Source: Bacteroidales bacterium
Lineage (GTDB): Bacteria > Bacteroidota > Bacteroidia > Bacteroidales > WCHB1-69
Reading direction: 5' to 3'
Assembly (NCBI GenBank): GCA_024400635.1
Contig: JAKSMI010000001.1
Location: 113,468-177,467 of the forward strand
DNA length: 64,000 bases
Part shown: positions 60,828 through 64,000 of the stretch, piece by piece
Layout of the letters: each line of letters starts with the position of its first letter
How positions within the stretch are numbered: position 1 is the first letter of the stretch
Translations under genes and position numbers: made by a program
Notes under the pieces: model-generated
What the model was told of the DNA's origin: nothing
The model's input: only the letters and a program-made list of their open reading frames with translations
The model's database searches: none

Positions 60828-61119
60828 TATATTGGACTTTGTGGGCTCCAATGCTCTTTTCTCTCCCCAACTAAAAAAAGGCGTTCGCCGTTTCTTAGTC
60901 GCTTATTTCACTCCGTGGGCCAACCAAAGCCTTGTAGGTAAATAAGCACGAAACGGTTCACGCCTAAGACGTGAACCTTCCGCTATCTCATTCTCACCTA
61001 CTGAATAAATTGGTCGTTTACGGAGTAGAGAACAAGAGCGTAAAGCTCAGATTATTACGAAGTTATTCTATTTTTCTATATACTGTTTTTATATTTAACA
61101 ATGAATTCTTTATATTCTG

Positions 61120-61127
61120 CAAAAATA
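61120..61127 (-). promoter_or_regulatory. candidate -7 box TAttTTTG for the six-gene operon
   Basis: Forward caaaaata. This would give a leader of about 280 nt before the MTase ATG. Confidence 0.3.
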
Positions 61128-61295
61128 CACATTTTTCCCAAAATTCACTTATTTGTGAAATCTTGATTTTTTTTTGGTGTGCTAAACATAGAAGAATGGA
61201 AAAATCCACTTATTTATATCCTCCGCCTTCTAAGCGGATTGCGTGACAAATCGAGGCAGGTCATAAAGAAAGTACCGGAAAAGAAAAGCATTCTC

Positions 61296-61348
61296 AAAAA
61301 ACAATCTTTCAAAGTCTTTTTTTTATCAATTTTCAATCTTGAAAGATT
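61296..61348 (+). repeat. 53-bp direct repeat, copy 1
   Basis: aaaaaacaatctttcaaagtcttttttttAtcaattttcaatcttgaaagatt matches 62615-62667 at 52 of 53 positions. Confidence 0.85.
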
Positions 61349-61390
61349 TATTTTTGTATTTTTGCAGATTGAAAAATACAAGTCATAATT

Positions 61391-62599
61391 ATGGAAGGCA
61401 CATCAATTGAAAGTTTGTATAGAACATCCGACCGTTTAGTGCATGCGGTGTCAATGAATTTTCATCGCTACTTATACGATAAGATAAGGTGGAATGCTCG
61501 GCTGATTGCGATAAAAGGGGCGAGAGGGGTTGGCAAGACGACCTTGCTGTTGCAGCATATTAAGGAGAATTTTGGCGAAAATTCGCAATTGGCTTTATAT
61601 GTATCGCTGGATAATATGTGGTTCGCGACGCATACTTTGAGCGAAGTGGTGGAATACCATTACACCCACGGAGGAACGCATTTGTTTATAGATGAAGTAC
61701 ATAAATACAAGGATTGGCAAACCGTCATTAAAAATATCAATGACGAGTATCCTGATATGCACGTGGTCTATACCAGTTCGTCAATGCTGAAGATGGAGAG
61801 TGAAAAGGGCGACCTTTCCCGGCGGCAAATTATGTATCAGTTAAATGGACTATCCTTTCGAGAGTATATGGCGTTTGAAGGTGCGGTGGCGACCGAATCC
61901 GTGTCGTTGCAGGATTTACTAAGAAGGCATACGAAAATTGCCCTTCAAATTACGAGTCAATGTAAGGTTTTGCCTTTGTTTGAACGTTACCTGAAAGTTG
62001 GTTTTTATCCGTTTTACAAAAGAGATTCAGAAGAGTTTGAACAGCGTTTGCAGTCCGTAATCAGAACTATCTTGTACGAGGATTTGCCTGCTGTGGAAGA
62101 TGTGTCGTATCCAACTGTTCAAAAAGTACAAAGAATGTTGATGATTTTGGCGGCCAAGGTTCCCCAAACACCAAATATGAGCGAATTATACGGCCTTTTG
62201 GAAACAAATAGGGAACAGGGTATGAAAATGCTTGATTTGTTAGAGAAAGGTTCTTTGCTAAATCTTTTGTCGTCAGAAAAAAAGAGTTTTCGCTATTTGT
62301 CCAAACCTGATAAAATATACCTGAATAATACCAATTTAATGTATGCCCTTACACCGATGGCCAATGTGGGAACCCCCCGCGAGACGTTCTTCCTCAACCA
62401 GCTTAAGGCAGTGGCAAAAGTGTGTTACCCACCCCAAGGAGACTTTTTCGTTGATAATAAATATTTGTTTGAAGTGGGAGGTGGAAGTAAAAGCTTTGAA
62501 CAGATTAAAGACCTGCAGGATAGTTATTTGGCTGTCGCAGGAATCGAAATTGGATATGGTCATCGCATTCCTCTCTGGATGTTTGGCTTACTGTATTAG
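61391..62599 (+). CDS. AAA-family ATPase (AAA_14 + DUF4143 type)
   Basis: 402 aa. Walker A GARGVGKTTLLLQ and Walker B HLFIDEVHKY. Confidence 0.85.
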   Translation: MEGTSIESLYRTSDRLVHAVSMNFHRYLYDKIRWNARLIAIKGARGVGKTTLLLQHIKENFGENSQLALYVSLDNMWFATHTLSEVVEYHYTHGGTHLFIDEVHKYKDWQTVIKNINDEYPDMHVVYTSSSMLKMESEKGDLSRRQIMYQLNGLSFREYMAFEGAVATESVSLQDLLRRHTKIALQITSQCKVLPLFERYLKVGFYPFYKRDSEEFEQRLQSVIRTILYEDLPAVEDVSYPTVQKVQRMLMILAAKVPQTPNMSELYGLLETNREQGMKMLDLLEKGSLLNLLSSEKKSFRYLSKPDKIYLNNTNLMYALTPMANVGTPRETFFLNQLKAVAKVCYPPQGDFFVDNKYLFEVGGGSKSFEQIKDLQDSYLAVAGIEIGYGHRIPLWMFGLLY

Positions 62600-62614
62600 A
62601 ATTCGCTTGAGATT

Positions 62615-62667
62615 AAAAAACAATCTTTCAAAGTCTTTTTTTTGTCAATTTTCAATCTTGAAAGATT
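62615..62667 (+). repeat. 53-bp direct repeat, copy 2
   Basis: See copy 1. It starts 16 nt after the ATPase stop. Confidence 0.85.
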
Positions 62668-62702
62668 GAATTTTTAAGTACAATCACTAATGGTTTTGAT
62701 GC

Positions 62703-62864
62703 CTATATCTCCATCATCATTTTTCGGTAGCTTTCGCCAAAGGCGTTGATGTCGTGGCTGTGACGGAAGCCCAACGATTCATAGAGGCGTTAGGCGGCAG
62801 GACTAAATGTCCAAGCCACAAAGGGCACATCTTGAAGGGTAGCGGGTCTTAACAAAATGGACAT
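62703..62864 (-). pseudogene. GNAT acetyltransferase remnant (N-terminal about 24 codons, in-frame stop, C-terminal about 28 codons)
   Basis: Minus-strand translation: MSILLRPATLQDVPFVAWTFSPAA*RLYESLGFRHSHDINAFGESYRKMMMEI*. It has a GNAT-like start and the (R)LYE.LGF C-terminal motif, but the about 100-aa core is missing. Confidence 0.4.
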
Positions 62865-62888
62865 CGTTCTTTTTTTGCAAAAATACAA

Positions 62889-63461
62889 CTATAGATTCAA
62901 CTTACTAAGCAGCCACCAAAAAAAGAATGCCCAAAACAAACCCACGCACCAACCGACCAAAATGTCTCCAAGATAATGAACTCCCAGATAGATTCTACTG
63001 TAACTCAATAACAATGACCAAGTTAACATCAGAATTACAAACCATTTTCTTCTGTCTGAAAGATAAAAAATGACAAAAAGGGCCAATGCCAAAGAGTTAG
63101 CGGCATGAGACGATGGGAAACCATAAGGGCCACCCGTATACAACGTTCCATCAGGCTTCGCCACCAGATGAACCTGTCCAGACAACGCCAATTCGTGACT
63201 CGGTCGCGGCCGCTCCACACTTTTTTTGATGACATTGCAAGTCTGGTCTGTCAACGTGACACACAAAATCAAAGCCACCAAAATAGGAATCACTCTTTTC
63301 TTCCATTTTTTAATCAAAAAAAACACCAATATTATATATAGTGGTATCCAAATGAATCTATCTGAAATCCAATAAAAGAGAAAATCCGCAGCAGAATTAT
63401 GCAAACTGTTGAGAAACAAGAAAATAGACTGATCTAACGAAATGAAAAAATCTGCTGTCAT
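62889..63461 (-). CDS. PAP2-family phosphatase
   Basis: 190 aa. KxxxxxxRP (KKSVERPRPSH), PSSH and SRIYLGVHYLGD motifs. Multi-TM. Confidence 0.88.
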   Translation of the reverse strand: MTADFFISLDQSIFLFLNSLHNSAADFLFYWISDRFIWIPLYIILVFFLIKKWKKRVIPILVALILCVTLTDQTCNVIKKSVERPRPSHELALSGQVHLVAKPDGTLYTGGPYGFPSSHAANSLALALFVIFYLSDRRKWFVILMLTWSLLLSYSRIYLGVHYLGDILVGWCVGLFWAFFFWWLLSKLNL

Positions 63462-64000
63462 TCAAAATCAGGATAAAGTAAATATTTACTTCGTGTTTGC
63501 TTAAAATCATCAAGTTTGGGCTGCCAGGATGCTCTAATTTCGCTTTCGCTTTTGCCTGCCATGATATCTTTGCGCAATTGATTGGTACCTGCCAACTTAT
63601 CAAAAAACATATTGGCATTGAAAAATTTGTTTTTCTCTGGGAAATGCGTATATGCATTTATCAAATAACTAATATCAAAGCAATTACGTTTTTCAAGATT
63701 TGATTTTGCATATTCGGTCAAATTAATACCACGGCATGAAAGGCCATTCTGCGGTGGATTTTCAGATACCCCTTTGATAGGTTTTGGCGTGAAATAATAG
63801 TTGCCAACCGTTAGTGACGGGTGACCGTAAACTTGGAATGGAATCGGCGTGCCTCTGCCAATGCTGATAGGCGTGCCTTCGAAAAGACAAAGCGACGGAT
63901 AAAGATAAATGGCTTCATCGGTTTGCAAGTTGGGAGATGGTGCGACGGGCAGACTATAGCGCATGGTGTGATCGTAATTGTCCATTGTAACCACTTGTAA
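63458..64000 (-). CDS. DUF1343 / NamZ-like exo-muramidase (N-terminus beyond the window end)
   Basis: YLYPSLCLFEGTPISIGRGTPIPFQVYGHP. The frame stays open upstream of the track GTG to nt 64000. The stop overlaps the PAP2 start (ATGA). Confidence 0.8.
   Translation of the reverse strand, partial: LQVVTMDNYDHTMRYSLPVAPSPNLQTDEAIYLYPSLCLFEGTPISIGRGTPIPFQVYGHPSLTVGNYYFTPKPIKGVSENPPQNGLSCRGINLTEYAKSNLEKRNCFDISYLINAYTHFPEKNKFFNANMFFDKLAGTNQLRKDIMAGKSESEIRASWQPKLDDFKQTRSKYLLYPDFE

Noticed and set aside
60971-61388. Small + strand ORFs 60971..61246 and 61179..61388
   Set aside because: They start at non-ATG codons, give low-complexity AT-rich translations, and overlap the predicted operon leader and direct-repeat copy 1.

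Overview
This is a chromosomal segment from a Bacteroidota, probably Bacteroidales, genome. Supporting signs are TAnnTTTG-type -7 promoter boxes, a T9SS C-terminal sorting domain, a PG0541-type protein after an RND pump and a PorT-like barrel. The backbone is about 40% G+C by hand count. It carries housekeeping genes: hflX (partial), a fused NfnA/NfnB-like oxidoreductase, a truncated ribosomal block rplC-rplD-rplW-rplB-rpsS, an AmiC-like amidase with a SPOR domain, an LptD-like protein, an ECF sigma/anti-sigma pair, rpsU, ligA, rfbA, a DUF59 protein, UDP-glucuronate decarboxylase, a TolC/MFP/RND efflux operon, rluD, tRNA-Leu(GAG), a transglutaminase-like lipoprotein, dsbD, lnt, hutH, a TP-methylase family protein, a PAP2 phosphatase and a partial DUF1343/NamZ gene.

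Three compositionally foreign blocks interrupt this backbone:
- **GC-rich island, about 25.8-33.9 kb.** It holds a small PD-(D/E)XK-like gene and a 2137-aa secreted protein with six FISUMP domains.
- **Accessory stretch, about 50.1-54.9 kb.** It holds a cobalamin riboswitch driving a T9SS-sorted protein plus a BtuG/YncE-like beta-propeller lipoprotein, followed by a GC-rich DEDDh exonuclease islet.
- **Very AT-rich block, about 55.1-62.7 kb.** It holds a tightly packed six-gene operon: class-I methyltransferase, minimal UvrD-like helicase, 706-aa orphan, NTF2-like protein, 108-aa orphan and DUF1848 Fe-S protein. A DUF4143 AAA ATPase bracketed by 53-bp direct repeats and a decayed GNAT gene follow it.

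The six-gene operon is my top candidate for an undescribed defence or nucleic-acid-modification system. The window also contains a family of degenerate 7/8/12-bp micro-tandem arrays at gene ends and two dispersed repeat elements. I saw no integrase, transposase, CRISPR array or rRNA. All calls come from reading the sequence and translations; no database search was possible. Coordinates of non-ORF features are hand-derived and may be off by 1-2 nt.
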